34,193 bases of DNA from the NCBI GenBank assembly GCA_023231475.1, contig JALJEE010002886.1, positions 1-34,193 on the forward strand. The letters are read 5' to 3'. The notes beneath the pieces are model-generated. The model was not told the origin of the DNA and did not search any database. It was given only the letters and a program-made list of their open reading frames with translations. The position numbers and the translations under genes were made by a program. This stretch comes from Seison nebaliae (lineage: Eukaryota). Position 1 is the first letter of the stretch, and each line of letters opens with the position of its first letter. Shown here in pieces: positions 12,522-25,806 of the stretch.

Positions 12522-14353
12522 TCATACATTCTTCTTTAAACTTGCTTTAATCCATTCAATATAACTGGCAAGTCTTGTATAGCCACCTTTTGTACCCTTA
12601 CATGATCGATCTAGTGGTCCAAAACTTACAATACCCAACTGCCTAAATACGTTGTTGACATAAGAGAAAGCCGGACCTCCACTGTCGCCCTAGAAAGAAT
12701 ATTTTTTATAAGTTAGAAGAGAAGTCTAACTTGACATGCGTCTTTCACTTCATTGGAATTTCCTGCACAAAATGCTTCTTTCGTATCTGTAATACTACAA
12801 GAACTTGGAAGTAGCACAGGTATTGTAACTTTCTTCAGTTTAGTTGATATAGCTCCTTTTCCATCTTCATCTGTAAGGCCCCATCCTAAAACAGTGAGAT
12901 TCTGATTAGATGTCGGTAGTTCGGTGGTGTCATAATTTGAGTTTGGCAAACATGTGGGTCTTATTCCATCATTATAAGTTAATGGGGAACATAATCGAAG
13001 GACAGCAATGTCGTTTTGTAATATTTCCGTGTTTTCAGTAAATTTTGAGTGCTAGAATCATAATTAGAAATTAATAAATGGAGAAAAAAATTTAAAGTAA
13101 CATATAGTACGTAATCAATTTTTCGTTGGAAAGAAGATGATGTTGTTAGGGAGTTTAATCTTACACTTGATTTTGTTAAATTAATGTTCGATGGAAAACA
13201 ATGGGCAGCAGTCAATATCCAGTGTTTATTAAGAATCGTCCCTCCACATAAATGATCATCACCAGATATGCTCAATTGTAGACTGACGACTGCAGGATAA
13301 TTCGAAATATCTCCAACATTAACACCACCAACTATGCGTCCCGAATTTTTACACCAATCCGAATCATCCGGTAAAGTTTTTGCATCATCGGTTTCTACAG
13401 ATGAACATTTTGAGTTTCTTAAAATACTTGATGTAAGAATGGGTGCTTAAAAAATATAAAGTTATTTAAATATTTGAAAACTTTCTAAAATTCTAAACCC
13501 ACAGTAGATTTGGTAGATGTTGTGATTTGTGTGGTAGTTATTGTTGTTGTTTTAGTAGTTGTAGCGGTAATAGGTTGGGTGGTGGACTTCGTTGTTGTTT
13601 CCGTAGGTGACTCGGTGGTAGCGGAAGATGTAGTCTAAAAAATATAATTAAGAATATTAAATTAAATGTAAATTTGACAGTAGGTGTGGTTGATGCGGTA
13701 AAAGTTGTTAGGGTAGAAATAGTAGAAATGGATGTAATTGTCGTTATGGCAGAAGTAGTTGAAGTGGAAATAGTTGTTATTAGGGTAGTTAAAGTAGTGG
13801 CGATTGTTGAAGTTCCGATAGTAGTTGGATTGACAGTAATAGTGGAATTAATTGTGGTAGTAATATTGGTGGTAATTGTGGAATTAAATGTGGTTATGTT
13901 CTGAGTTAATAATTTAATTTATTCAAACCGATTATAAACGAAGTACAAACTGTCATAATAGTTGTGGTAGTTTGATCGTCATCATCATCTTTTGTGATGA
14001 AATAGATTATTAAACCGGTCGCCGCTAGTAATAATAATGTTGCAAGAACGAGAGATACGATTAAAGGACTAAATAAATAAAGTATCTCATTATAATTTGT
14101 TCTATAATGAATGACCCAACATGTTCTTCCGAGGCCCATAATACGGACTAATCGGATAATTTGAATAATTTACAGGATAGCCAGAATTGGGATATGAAGA
14201 ATAACCGGCTCCATGATAGTTCCCCGGATTATTAGCAGAATAATTATTGGGATAAGGATATGACGATCTATACGTTGTATATTGGGGATAGCCGGAATAA
14301 CCATTAGCATTGGGATAATTATGACGATGATAAGTTGTGAATGTTTGATACAT
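12522..14353 (-). CDS. Type II transmembrane trypsin-like serine protease with Thr-rich mucin-like stalk; introns 14069-14120, 13901-13950, 13635-13678, 13446-13498, 13052-13101, 12690-12730
   Basis: Spliced product: Tyr/Pro-rich N-terminus, TM helix (LIVSLVLATLLLLAATGLIIYFI), Thr-rich stalk, R-IVGG activation site, LTAAHC, NDIAVL, DACQGDSGGP (S1 Asp, trypsin specificity). Confidence 0.93.
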
Positions 14354-14466
14354 AATTCTGATATTAAAGTACCTTTCACTATTAATCCTTCAAATGTATG
14401 TCTTAATAGTTAAGGAACATTCAAACTTCATCTTAATTAATACTATCGATATTAAAATTCATCATC

Positions 14467-14494
14467 ATTACGTAATCGTTTGATTTTGACGTCA
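14467..14494. promoter_or_regulatory. Adjacent bZIP palindromes (ATTACGTAAT PAR/NFIL3-type and TGACGTCA CRE) upstream of the protease
   Basis: Two perfect consensus palindromes 10 nt apart, 115-140 nt upstream of the protease ATG. Confidence 0.35.
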
Positions 14495-15587
14495 TATTTG
14501 TAAAATTATTGTTTACCCACCCAAAGATCCACTTTCATTTAATTTCTTTTATCGATAGTATTAACGAGAAAATAATATGTTGGGAATTCACATCAGAAAA
14601 TCAAATTTTTTCTGAATTTAAAATTGATCAACTATGTTGAATCATTTAATATTGATAGTTTATTCGAAAAGTGTAGTTATTATATTTAATATATTATCCA
14701 TGTGAAACTATATCACTATGATCAATGTCATGTCATTATTGTCCAAACATCATATAATGTTTGCAACATTAACTAACACTTATTAAATTTAACTTGAAAT
14801 TTACAAATTATTTCCATAAGTTTTATTTATTCGTTCAGTTGCGGTAAATACAAACAGCTAACAATGCAAGTGTAAAAGTAAATTTAAACCCAATACTTTA
14901 TACTCGAATAATTTTTAATTTGAATATTGAAATATTCAACAAATTATGGAATTACCATATGAAATTCAACTTCCCATTTCACTAACAAGTTTTTTTTAAG
15001 GTAAATAGAATTGTCGATCATCCATTTAAAAAAATTTATTGAAAGCAAAAAACATGTGATCTGACGTTTCGATAAATGACGGGGAAGATGATACGACAGA
15101 GAAAAATAATAGAAAGAAGCTTTTAATTCTAAAATTTGAAAAGTTCATAATAGAAAAAGAAAAAATTAGAAAACCAAAAAATTAATTTTGACTTAGATTC
15201 ATCTTCCAACGTATAACGCAACACAATTCTGACACGTTTAACCCTTTTACAATTATCATTTATTGATGGTTTCTTAAAGGAATAAGGAAAGTATCATCAT
15301 CAGAATAGTGAATTTTTTGTTGGAAGGAACGAGATTGATTTACTTGGAAACGGTTGATGAATTCGAAATTCGAGAAAACTTTTTTAAAACTGTGTCATTT
15401 AATTAGATTCTATTGTTTAACAATCGAATAAATTGATTATTCATATTCTTCCTTCATTCATTCATTTATTTTCTTCTTCATTTACAATTTCTTTTATCAA
15501 GAAAGATCTTCATTCCAAGAAGAGAACGATAAAGATTCACATCATAAAAATCTCAATTGATTTTTCTTCTGCTGTTAAGAAAGAGAG

Positions 15588-18500
15588 ATGTTGAATGATC
15601 AAACAGATGAGAATGGTGGAATCTTGACTGATATTCCATTAGATGATGAAGATATTTCTAAAGTTCCAACTTTACCACCAGTGGCCTCATCATCAGTTGC
15701 ATCACAAAGATTTGATCCACTACAAATGGAGTCAATGATTCCTCCACAAATGATAAATATAGGAAATGAGCGTAATCTGAATAACATGACAAATCAATTT
15801 ACTAATTTAACGACGATAATGCCTCCCATGCCATCACAAATTTCGTCGATACCACCAATATCGAATAATTTTTCTCAACAACCTCCTCCATTAATCAATC
15901 CAGATGAATTATTGAAAAAATTTGTTCCTTCATCTATAATAAAATCGAAAAATCAATCCGAAAATGATCTGAAGAGTAAGTTGTCAAATGATGAAAGAGA
16001 AAGAAAACCGTCTCCATTTGAAAAACATTTAGTGAAAGATAATTCACGAGATTCTTCACCATTCTCTTCATCAAACGATTTAAAAAAAGAGTTATCATCA
16101 GGAATTCAATCGCATTCTATGAGTCATGAAAATATTGATAACATCTATCTATCTGATCAATCATTACAGAATACAGGAGAAGGAAAATTAGATTTCAATA
16201 GTTCTATGAATCAGAATGAAAATTTGATAACAACAAATCCATATGATGGATCATCAACATCCATCGATAAACAAATACCGTCTGAAATTCCATCATTAAC
16301 TTCGTCAAATTTTCAAACAACATCAACTTTACAACAACTATCATCAACAACGTTTTCAAGTCATGAAATGGTTTCTTCATTAAATCCAGTGACATTGATT
16401 GAAAAACAAATATTACCAGAAATTCCTTCATTAATTGGTAATAATTTTCAACCAATTTCAACTATACAACAACAAACATTATCAGCAATTCCACCTATTC
16501 AATCCAGAAATGTTTCTACGACATTATTAAAAGGAGATTCAGGAGAGAAACCTCCAACAATGTTCTCTGGATATGGTTCATCTCAAACTTCTTCCGGTAT
16601 GGTTCAACCGCCATTTTCAACAACACAAACTGCAATACCAGGAATGCTACCAATGGATGGTAGACTTCCTTCATTGCAAGCGATATCAACAATGTCATTG
16701 AATCATTCATTCAATCCTCCATTTGAACAATCATCATCCATGATTCCGTCAAATTCCATGAATCAGAGACCACCCATAATAGATTCAACTACTCTCACAT
16801 CGTCGAGAATGCCACTAGGGCCAATGAATCAGTCTTTAAATAAACTTCCGCCAACATCATCAATTGCTCCTTCACCAATGATGCCATTAGGATTAATGAC
16901 GCAACCTCCGTCTACGATACACACTTCTTCAGCAAGTCAACCTCCATCAATAATGCCTGAAACAACGATAAATCAACCTCCTTCAATGATGCCTCCATCG
17001 TCATCAAATGAACCTTTATCGTCAATAAGTCCTTTGACAATGAATCAATCTCCGATGATGATGTCACCATCATCAACAATTCAATCTCGTTCTATGGTGT
17101 CGGAACAAACATCAAATCAGCCAAAACGATTAATGGGACAAGTTCCTCCAACAAATGTGTCAATAGTACCAGGTCAACCTCCCATAACAATGTCATCAAA
17201 TTCTTTTGGAGAATCTCCAAATATGATGCCACGTAGTTCGACAAATCAACCACCATTTAAGGGGGCAACAAATTCTGTTGGACAAGCTGCATTTCCAATG
17301 CAGCAAACCACATTGGACCAACCCCCAATGATGCCACCAGGTTCGATGAATCAATCTTTAAATATAATTCCACCTGGTTCGTTGGGTCAGCCACCAACAA
17401 TGATGCCACAAAGTGGATTGAATCAACCTTCTAATATGATGCCACCAGGACCATTGGGTCAACCGTCAACAATGATGCCACCAGGATCAATGAGTCAACC
17501 GTCAACAATGATGCCACCAGGACCATTGGGTCAACCGTCAACAATGATGCCACCAGGAACTATGGGCCAGCCTCCGAATATGATGCCACCAGGACCATTG
17601 GGTCAGCCACCAACAATGATGCCACAAAGTGGATTGAATCAACCTCCTAATATGATGCCACCAGGATCAATGAATCAACCACCATTAATAATACCTCCAG
17701 GATCAATGAGTCAACCGCCAACAATGATGCCACCAGGATCTACGGATCAGCCTCTGAATATGATGCCACCAGGACCATTGTGTCAACCACCAATAATGAT
17801 GCCACAAAGTGGATTGAATCAACCTCCTAATATGATGCCACCAGGATCAATGAGTCAACCGCCAACAATGATGCCACCAGGACCATTGGGTCAACCGCCA
17901 ACAATGATGCCACCAGGAACTATGGGCCAGCCGCCTACAATGATGCCACCAGGACCATTGGGTCAGCCACCATCATTGATGCCACTAGGAGGAATGAATC
18001 AACCACCATCAATGATGCCACCACAAATATCTGGAATGCAACCGAATCAAATCGTTCAACCAGGAATTCAAACAATGCCACCATCAATGGGTGGAATGAA
18101 TCAACCAGGTAATCAGCAGTTCAATCAAATGGGAGGAGGAGTACCACAATCAAGTGGCCCAAAATTGAGTATGATGCCAGATAAATTATTAATTGAAGAA
18201 GATAATCGATTAAAACATGGAGAAAATGAATTATTCCGAGATGATGTAATTGGAAATGTTCCTCCACTCGTTACTACAAATTTCAAATATACTTCCTCCA
18301 GAGGTCGATGTCATCCAGCATTCATGCGATGTTCAACTTACGTCATTCCGACAACACCCGACATTTCTCGACGAATGGATATACCGATTTGTACCGTAGT
18401 TTCTCCTTTTGCTTCAGTAGACGATTATCAAATTCCGTTAATCAATTGTGGTGCTGATGGTCCTGTCCGTTGTAAGCGTTGCAAAGCATATATGGCACCA

Positions 18501-21062
18501 CAAATGCAATTTATTGATGGTGGTCAACGATTTCATTGTGTGTGGTGTGATTCGTTTACAGATGTTCCGAATGAATATTTCAATCATTTAGATCATACCG
18601 GATGTCGAATTGACAAATGGCAACGAGCAGAATTATGTTGTGGTTCATTCGAATATACGACGAACGATTTATATAAACATAATAATCGTAAAGGAGGACC
18701 AACGGCATATTTATTCATGATTGATTGTGGTCAAGAAAGTATTCAGAAAGGATTACTCGGATTAATTGCTCATAATCTTTTCGATCAGATCTTAGCTCAA
18801 TTGCCCAAAGATTCGAATGAACAATACTCAAAATGTCAAATTGCTATTGTGACTTATGACACGAAATTCTATTTCTACAAATTGACAAAAGGATATAAAC
18901 CTCAAGTGATTATCGTTAACGATTTGGAAGATGTTTTCATTCCATTATGTTCCGATCTTTTCGTTGATCTGAATGAACATGAATCTGATTTACGACATCT
19001 CCTCCAACAATTACCCGAAATGTTCATCAATAACAAAGAGAATAAATCAATGCTCTCTCCTGTACTCCAAATTGTACAACAAGCATTTAGTTCTACTCGA
19101 TTGGTCGGTCGTGCATTTATCTTCCATACTAACTTGCCTACAATGGACCTCCCAGGCAAATTGGACATCCGTGACAACAAACATATTCTCGGAACGGAAA
19201 AAGAGAAAGTTCATTTTACCAAAATTATTCCTGTTCATCTTTTTTCCTCAATATTTTTAGACTATTTTAGTTTCAGCAACGAATGAATATAAAAAATTGG
19301 GAGAAGTATGTGTTGATAATGGTGTCGGTATCAATATGTATCTCTTCCCAAAAGCATATGTTGATATCGCAACATTAAAAGATGTGACAGCGACTACTGG
19401 TGGAGAAATTCGTTTATATTCTGATTTCCAAGTTTTTTCTTAATAATATTTTATTATTTAAATTTGTATATTATTAGGTGGAAAGTGATGGGGAACAATT
19501 TTTAATTGATCTACAAAAAAATATCAAGAAACGATGTGTCTATGATGCTATTTTACGATTGAGAACGAGTCCTGGTTCGAATAAATTTCTTCTAAGGAAA
19601 ATTAAAACAAAAATAATTTTATTTTAAAGGAATTCGACCTGTTGACTTTTTGGGCAATCACCAAATGTATAATTCAACCGATGTCAATTTAGCGATTGTA
19701 GATGAAAGCAAAGGTTTCTCTTTTTTCAAATTAAAATTTAAAATATAATTTAAAAAATAAATTTAGCTGTGACAATTGTGTTGAAACATGATGACAAATT
19801 ATCAGAGGAACAAGAAATCTATTTACAAGTTAACAATTTTATTCTAAATAAAGTGAGAAATATAATTTATGTTAATTAGGCAGCATTGTTATACACAGAT
19901 TTCGATGGAGAAAGGAAAATCCGAATTCATAATCAAATATTGAAAGCATCTTCAGCATTTGAAGTGTTATACGCAGCGTGTGATGTAGATGTCATTACAA
20001 ACTATTTATTGAAGAGTAGCATCAAATGTTGTTTGGAGACATCACCGAAAATTTTGAAAGATGAACTAATAAAAAAAGTATCGAACATTTTCACTTGTTA
20101 TCGAAAAGAATGTTCGAGAAGAACATCATTAGGATCATTGATCTTACCCGATACCATGAAGACATTGCCATTATTCACTTGTTGCATTCTACGATCGAAT
20201 GCTTTCGGTTTTGGAAATACGATTACAGTAGATAGTAGATCGGAATTAATGACAAGTTTGATGGCATCGAAAGTCTATCAATCCAATCATTTCCTTTATC
20301 CAAACATCTATATTGTAGTTAGATATGGATTTTGATTCTATCAATTTCTAATCAATTCCATCAATAGACGAGTGATGAATCAGAGAAAAAAAATGAAAGG
20401 AAACATGCCGGTTTGTCTACCCCAGAACAAAATGGAGATGATTCGAAAAAGAACAATGAAAATGAGAAGGAAGAAATAGCAGAGAATGATTTTAAAGAAA
20501 GTGATCTTCCTCCTCGAATTCGTTGCAATTATGAATCGATGAAAAATAATGAAATATATTTATTAGGTTCATATCAATTTTATTCATTTAAATTAATTAT
20601 TTTAATTTCATAAATTTTAATAGAAAATGGTTATCGAATGTATTTATGGATTGGAACTGAAGTCGAACCGAAATACATCACTGATATTTTTGGTGTGAAA
20701 TCTTTACAACATGTTCAATTAGAGATGGTTAATCCAATTCTTTTATGCTTCTAACTAATTTCATTCCTTTTCAGTATAAACGTTTACCGAAAATTGGAAA
20801 TGACATTTCTATTCGACTGAATAATATGATCGACTTCTTAAACTATCGAGCACAACGATCCATGAAGGTTGGAATTTTATTTAAATTAATAAATGAATTT
20901 TAACAAAATTTATTTTAGTTCTCAATCGTAAAACAACGTGAAGGTACAGAAGGTTTATTCAGAAACATGTTGGTGGAGGATCAAGGAATTCATGAAAACT
21001 CAACTTCTTATGTACAATTCTTATGTTCGATACATGCAAAAGTAAGATCTGCGATTAATTGA
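15588..21062 (+). CDS. SEC24C/D: COPII coat subunit Sec24C/D; introns 19209-19260, 19432-19477, 19575-19629, 19714-19766, 19829-19879, 20318-20367, 20567-20623, 20728-20774, 20868-20918
   Basis: VPPLVTTNF, zinc finger GPVRCKRCKAYM...FHCVWC, YFNHLDHTG, vWA trunk (YLFMID), LYTDFDGERKIRIHN, LILPDTMKTLPL, C-terminal LVED...SYVQFLCSIH. Frame is continuous after removing 9 short introns. Confidence 0.97.
17319..18023 (+). repeat. Coding minisatellite, 36-nt / 12-aa unit (QPPxMMPPGxxx), about 20 copies, in the Sec24 N-terminus
   Basis: Recurrent atgatgccaccagga units; higher-order 180-nt periodicity (17581 vs 17761; 17641 vs 17821). Confidence 0.95.
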
Positions 21063-21501
21063 ATTGAATGGATATAATATATGAAACGATTTTCATATCA
21101 TCATTCAACTTTCAAGAATAAAAGACGAATAAACTGGAAGAAAATTATTTAAAGTAAGAAAACTTTCATTTTCTCTATTTTTCTGCTCTCATTTAATCTT
21201 CATAAAAACCATTTATCAACAAATACACATTATTATTTATTCGACTATTTCTTTCTTTTGTTTGTCTCGTCATAAAATTTTTCCGTTTCCGTTGACATTG
21301 TTTTGACATTCGATTCTAAATGATTCATTAAATCTCATTAAACGTTCTTTCGCTTCTTCTTTCATTCGTAACGAAAAGATTGAGAAGAGTTCTATTTGTT
21401 TAGGAAAAAATAACTGAGATGAAATGGAACCGTCAATGACCGTCCAATTGAATAATATTTTGTGAAATCATTTATCTTTTTGTTCTGTTGATGAGATCCA
21501 T

Positions 21502-22065
21502 TTATTTTCCATTATCCATTTTCTTCGTCCGTTCATTCGTTTCATTTCGGGGAATGTTAGAAGGAGAATTGTGAAAAAGATTGATGGTAGCTGCGGGATC
21601 ATTCAACGTTAAAATATTAACAAGTGAAGTGAATATCGGTTCACTGATACTGATGGTGGAATCATTAACGAGAGTCTGAATGATATCAATCGATTCCTCA
21701 CTCACTTCACCACTCAACTCTCCACTCACCAATTCACTTAACAAGAGAATTAAATCGTTCACTTTATCTTGTTTCGATTCTTCGTTCATCGTTTCCAGGA
21801 AGTTGGGAAGAGATAAATATTGAAGTTGAATTTCCATCGACAATTTCTCATTCTCTAATTCTTTCATCTTCGTTTCAAGTTTCTCAATTTTCTCCTCTTG
21901 CAACTGAATATCCGAGTCCACACTCAAATCATTTTTTATACGATTGACTAATAAATCCTTCAATTCATTCGAAATGACACTGACATCACAATTATTTGTC
22001 ATTATGTCTAACGTACTTCTTTCCTTTTTTGATGTTATAAGCTTAACTTTCAAATATTCGAACAT
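21502..22065 (-). CDS. Uncharacterised acidic coiled-coil protein, 187 aa, apparently intronless
   Basis: Long ORF in AT-rich DNA with heptad segment LQEEKIEKLETKMKELENEKLSMEIQL; no family recognised. Confidence 0.6.
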   Translation of the reverse strand: MFEYLKVKLITSKKERSTLDIMTNNCDVSVISNELKDLLVNRIKNDLSVDSDIQLQEEKIEKLETKMKELENEKLSMEIQLQYLSLPNFLETMNEESKQDKVNDLILLLSELVSGELSGEVSEESIDIIQTLVNDSTISISEPIFTSLVNILTLNDPAATINLFHNSPSNIPRNETNERTKKMDNGK

Positions 22066-22654
22066 AAATTCAAAAATAACTTTGAAAATTTAAATAATTT
22101 GTTGTTGCATATTATTACGTGATCAGGTTAGTCATCTTCAATGTTCGAAAAGGTTGCATCCATGAAGGGGAGAAGTTAGGCTAAAAAGAAAACGTGCGTT
22201 TCAATTGATAACAGAGAATCTTTATTGCAAAGCGAATGTAATAACCGAATGATTGATTATATTCGTTTTAATTATATAAACTTGTATAAACTGTAATAGG
22301 TTATATTGTACTGAATTAAAGAATTTGCTAATACAACATTCTGTCTATTTCTTTTACTGATTTCTATTGGAATTCTTGGAATATGGTATATGAATAATTA
22401 TTTAAGAAATTTATTCAAATATCATTTTCTTTTCTAAATTCCTCCTCGCTTCTTCAAAGAACATTTTTCTTTATTAACTATTCTATAAAATTTTATCTTT
22501 TATTCTTCAAATAAAAGAAGAAACTTCGGTAAATTTCATTTTGTTTTTTGCGGCTATTCTCATTTTAATTTGAAATTTATATATTTATCTTTACTCCCCA
22601 TTACGCCTGATATACACTGACACGCATATACGTATACATACAGATATCCCTGTA

Positions 22655-22679
22655 CATATATATATATATATATATATAT
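22655..22679. repeat. (AT)n microsatellite
   Basis: About 12 uninterrupted AT units. Confidence 0.9.
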
Positions 22680-25367
22680 CCTCGCATACAATAATAAAGA
22701 ATACCAAATTTTTTAGGGTGTTTCCTTTCTTTTCTCCCTTCGCCTCTTCTACTAGTACGATAAAGTCTCTCCAAAAACTAATATAATTTCATTATAGTAA
22801 TTTCTTCACAATATGATGTTAAACAATTTACTTAAAATCATTAGAAGTTGAAGGGGAAGTGCGATAATCATTGTACTATCGAGTTGTCGAAGAACAAGTT
22901 AAAGTTTATGTAATTATTTCTTATCCTAACTATCTAAAAATTATTTTGTTTTTTATGAAATTAATTTATTCAAAAAATGAAATATTATGAAAAATTTCAG
23001 AGAAATTAATCAACTGGAAAAATTTTGTTTTACTTAGGTTTAAATTTTGTTTTAGTTACTCTGCTTCTGATAATGATTCTTGTAGGAGAATGTTATTTAA
23101 TTTGATGATATTTTGCTTTGTCAGACAATGATTAATTGTTAGGAGAACATGTTGTCAAGTATGAAACATTGCGCCCAATAATATCTGCACAATTTAATGA
23201 ATCATTAGTTATTCGTTCTTTATCGAAATGAGACGTACTTACAGAATGAAACAACTGTATAAATATTAAAAGAGAACAGTGCGTCAAGGAGTTACGTAAC
23301 TCATCAACACTTTCCACAAGAATGTACAAACATGCGTAAATACACCGTGTTATATGTAGTAACATATTCGAATTGAATAATTTCTCTTTAAATCATCCAC
23401 TTTTTCAAACTAGTCTGACAACGTATAATAAGAACAATGACCCTATGTTCTTTTATTCACCATCTAACTTTATTCCGATTATTCGTTTTTGTACACTTTC
23501 CATTATTATTCCAATTACTTATTCCTCATCCGTACTACACTCGAATTTTCAAGAAATGATAATGAACAATTTGCTCTTTTCACTCTTCCCATCATTGTCC
23601 CTTATCATTGTCGACAATATGAGCACTATGCAAATGTGAGAGACATACAAATAATTAATCAATTTATTTCCTGGTTTATACTAACGTAAGTTAATCGAAC
23701 ACAGTCAATGATGTACATTGAGAGAATATCCTGTTTCGTCAAATAATTATTTCTTTTCATTCACTGGATAATTTATTGTCATGACAAAGTGCTTATAGCC
23801 ATTGCGTTGAATAAATCATGAAAGAAATGTTATCTAGTGAAAAGTATCGAATTTTCCCTTGTGTCAGAGGAAAAAATAAAGAAAAGCAAATGCAAATAAT
23901 CCAAATAATGAACATCTCGATTTTTAATAGTAGTTTCATGTAACTAATATCATATCTATGTAATCATTTATCTTCTTATTTTATTTTGAGAATAAAACAG
24001 ATTAAGAAACTTAAATAAGATATGCCAAAAGTTAATTAAATATGTTTTTCGTTATTTTATCTGATAAAAATATCATCATTGATGGTTTCGACCTTGGCAG
24101 CATGTTTCAACAAAATTTCCAAAACAAAATCTTTATTTAGTTCATCGAACGATTTAAATTCCACCTGATTTTCAATGTTTTAATGATAACATTCAAATGA
24201 AAAATAAAGCTTTTTTCTCCATCTGACGGTTGTGTTATCAGCGGAACACTTTTTCTTCGATTGTCGAAAAAAAGTCCTGCAAATGTAGAGTGTCCGTTTC
24301 AATCGATACCTTTGTAATTATAAAACCGATAATGGAAATGATATGATCCATCATAGTTCTTCTTTTTTCATATCAATTCCTATTGTTGTTGGAAGTATTG
24401 TCATTTTTTAAGATTTTTCCTCTTTCCTTTCCTTCCAATGTTCGATGAGGCATTCGTATAAACATATTCTATTTCACAAATGATATTCATTAATCTCCAC
24501 TTCATTCACCCTGTATTTGTTGAGATGGACGGTATTTTCGCTGTATACGATATAAAATTTCTATGAGTGGATATAAAACGAAAAAGTAGTTGTTCCTTTT
24601 CGACTGTACGGAATTAATTTGAAAATAGATTTGTACTCCTCTCTCCTCTTTTTGGTGATGTGTCGAATGATTTTTTCTTTAAACCTTTATCAATTTATAA
24701 CCGAACACATAAAAAAGGATCATGTACATCACATATAGTCCTCATAATTGTGTAGGACAACCTCCATGATAAAGGGAGAGAGAGAGAGGAATGAGGGAGA
24801 TTAGCGATGGACCAAGATGGACATCTAATGTATAAAGAGATAAGTATTCAATAGAATGTGTGAAGGAAGAGAAGGATGTGAGAGAGAGAGCATTTATAAT
24901 TGATTGGTGAGGCAGAAGAAATATTATACCGATTAAGAAGAAAATTGCGGTTTCACCAATTTTTCGTCCTCTTTCATACACATACGCATACATGTACATC
25001 ATGGGAAATATTTGTCCACTTATTTCTCTTAAATCACACATTGTTCTTAAGATCCCATCGATTCATCATTCGATTCATCGCACATTTAATTCGACCAAGT
25101 TGTATGGATGGACATTCGTCTATCACTACTCTAAGAATCGACCATGAATGTATTTATATTATATTTTTTATGGTTTACTAGAGACTTCATTCTGAATTTA
25201 CTTCCATTTTGCATTTTAACATTTCTTTCTTTTTCATTCTCACAATGAACTTTCCTTATTGATTCCATCAATATCTGATATGCCGATCGAAATATTATCG
25301 TTCAAGCGATTGACTTATCATTTTGTTTGAAGAATTCACTTCTACCGAATCAGCACTCTTATCAATT

Positions 25368-25531
25368 ATACGATGATCGGAGGATGAATGTTTCACGGTT
25401 GATGTTGTTTATTTGTATTCAATTTCATATGAATCCCACTCGCTGAAGTTCAATTCATATTTAATTTGAATTCATTAAATTTTATTCCTTATTTCGCATC
25501 ACCGGGTTTCACACATCCTCTGACTTCGTAT
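25368..25531 (+). ncRNA. mir-36: miR-36 family precursor 1; predicted mature 3p UCACCGGGUUUCACACAUCCUC (25499-25520)
   Basis: 5' end UCACCGGGU is the miR-35/36 family signature. Star arm GGAGGATG...CGGTTGATG at ~25379-25404 and basal stem ATACGA/TCGTAT pair with it; loop ~90 nt. Confidence 0.72.
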
Positions 25532-25574
25532 CAACAACGACTACTTCTCTTCAATCATCATTTCAATTCAAATC

Positions 25575-25708
25575 GAAGATTCATTGCTGGAGAGTGTATC
25601 TACGGGTCGACATTGTCTTTGTACTCATTCTTTTTATAAGAATTGTCAAGAATTTATTCTTCTTACTTTATGTCACCGGGTACTACACTTTCCCACAAAG
25701 ATTCCTTC
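25575..25708 (+). ncRNA. mir-36: miR-36 family precursor 2; predicted mature 3p UCACCGGGUACUACACUUUCCC (25673-25694)
   Basis: Same seed. 5' arm TGGAGAGTGTATCTACGGGTCGACA (25588-25612) pairs with TGTCACCGGGTACTACACTTTCCCA; basal GAAG/CTTC; loop 58 nt. Confidence 0.78.
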
Positions 25709-25806
25709 ATCTCATCATTCATTTAATTTTAATTGATTTAATAAGCTAAATAAAATTTTATATATCGAAAATTCGAGAAACTCTTTGAATTTTCTGGTGA
25801 ATTCTA

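Noticed and set aside
13674..13904. Val-rich ORF on +
   Set aside because: Antisense shadow of the protease Thr-rich stalk.
21270..21500. TGA-interrupted minus-strand frame after the coiled-coil ORF (readthrough/selenocysteine)
   Set aside because: No recognisable homology or SECIS and not in frame with the ORF; probably UTR.
23132..25181. Hydrophobic ORFs in the interval upstream of the miR-36 hairpins
   Set aside because: AT-biased composition, no domains, no consistent exon chain.
25598..25607. miR-100-like ACCCGTAGAT on the minus strand
   Set aside because: It is the reverse complement of the miR-36 star arm; the rest of miR-100 does not match.
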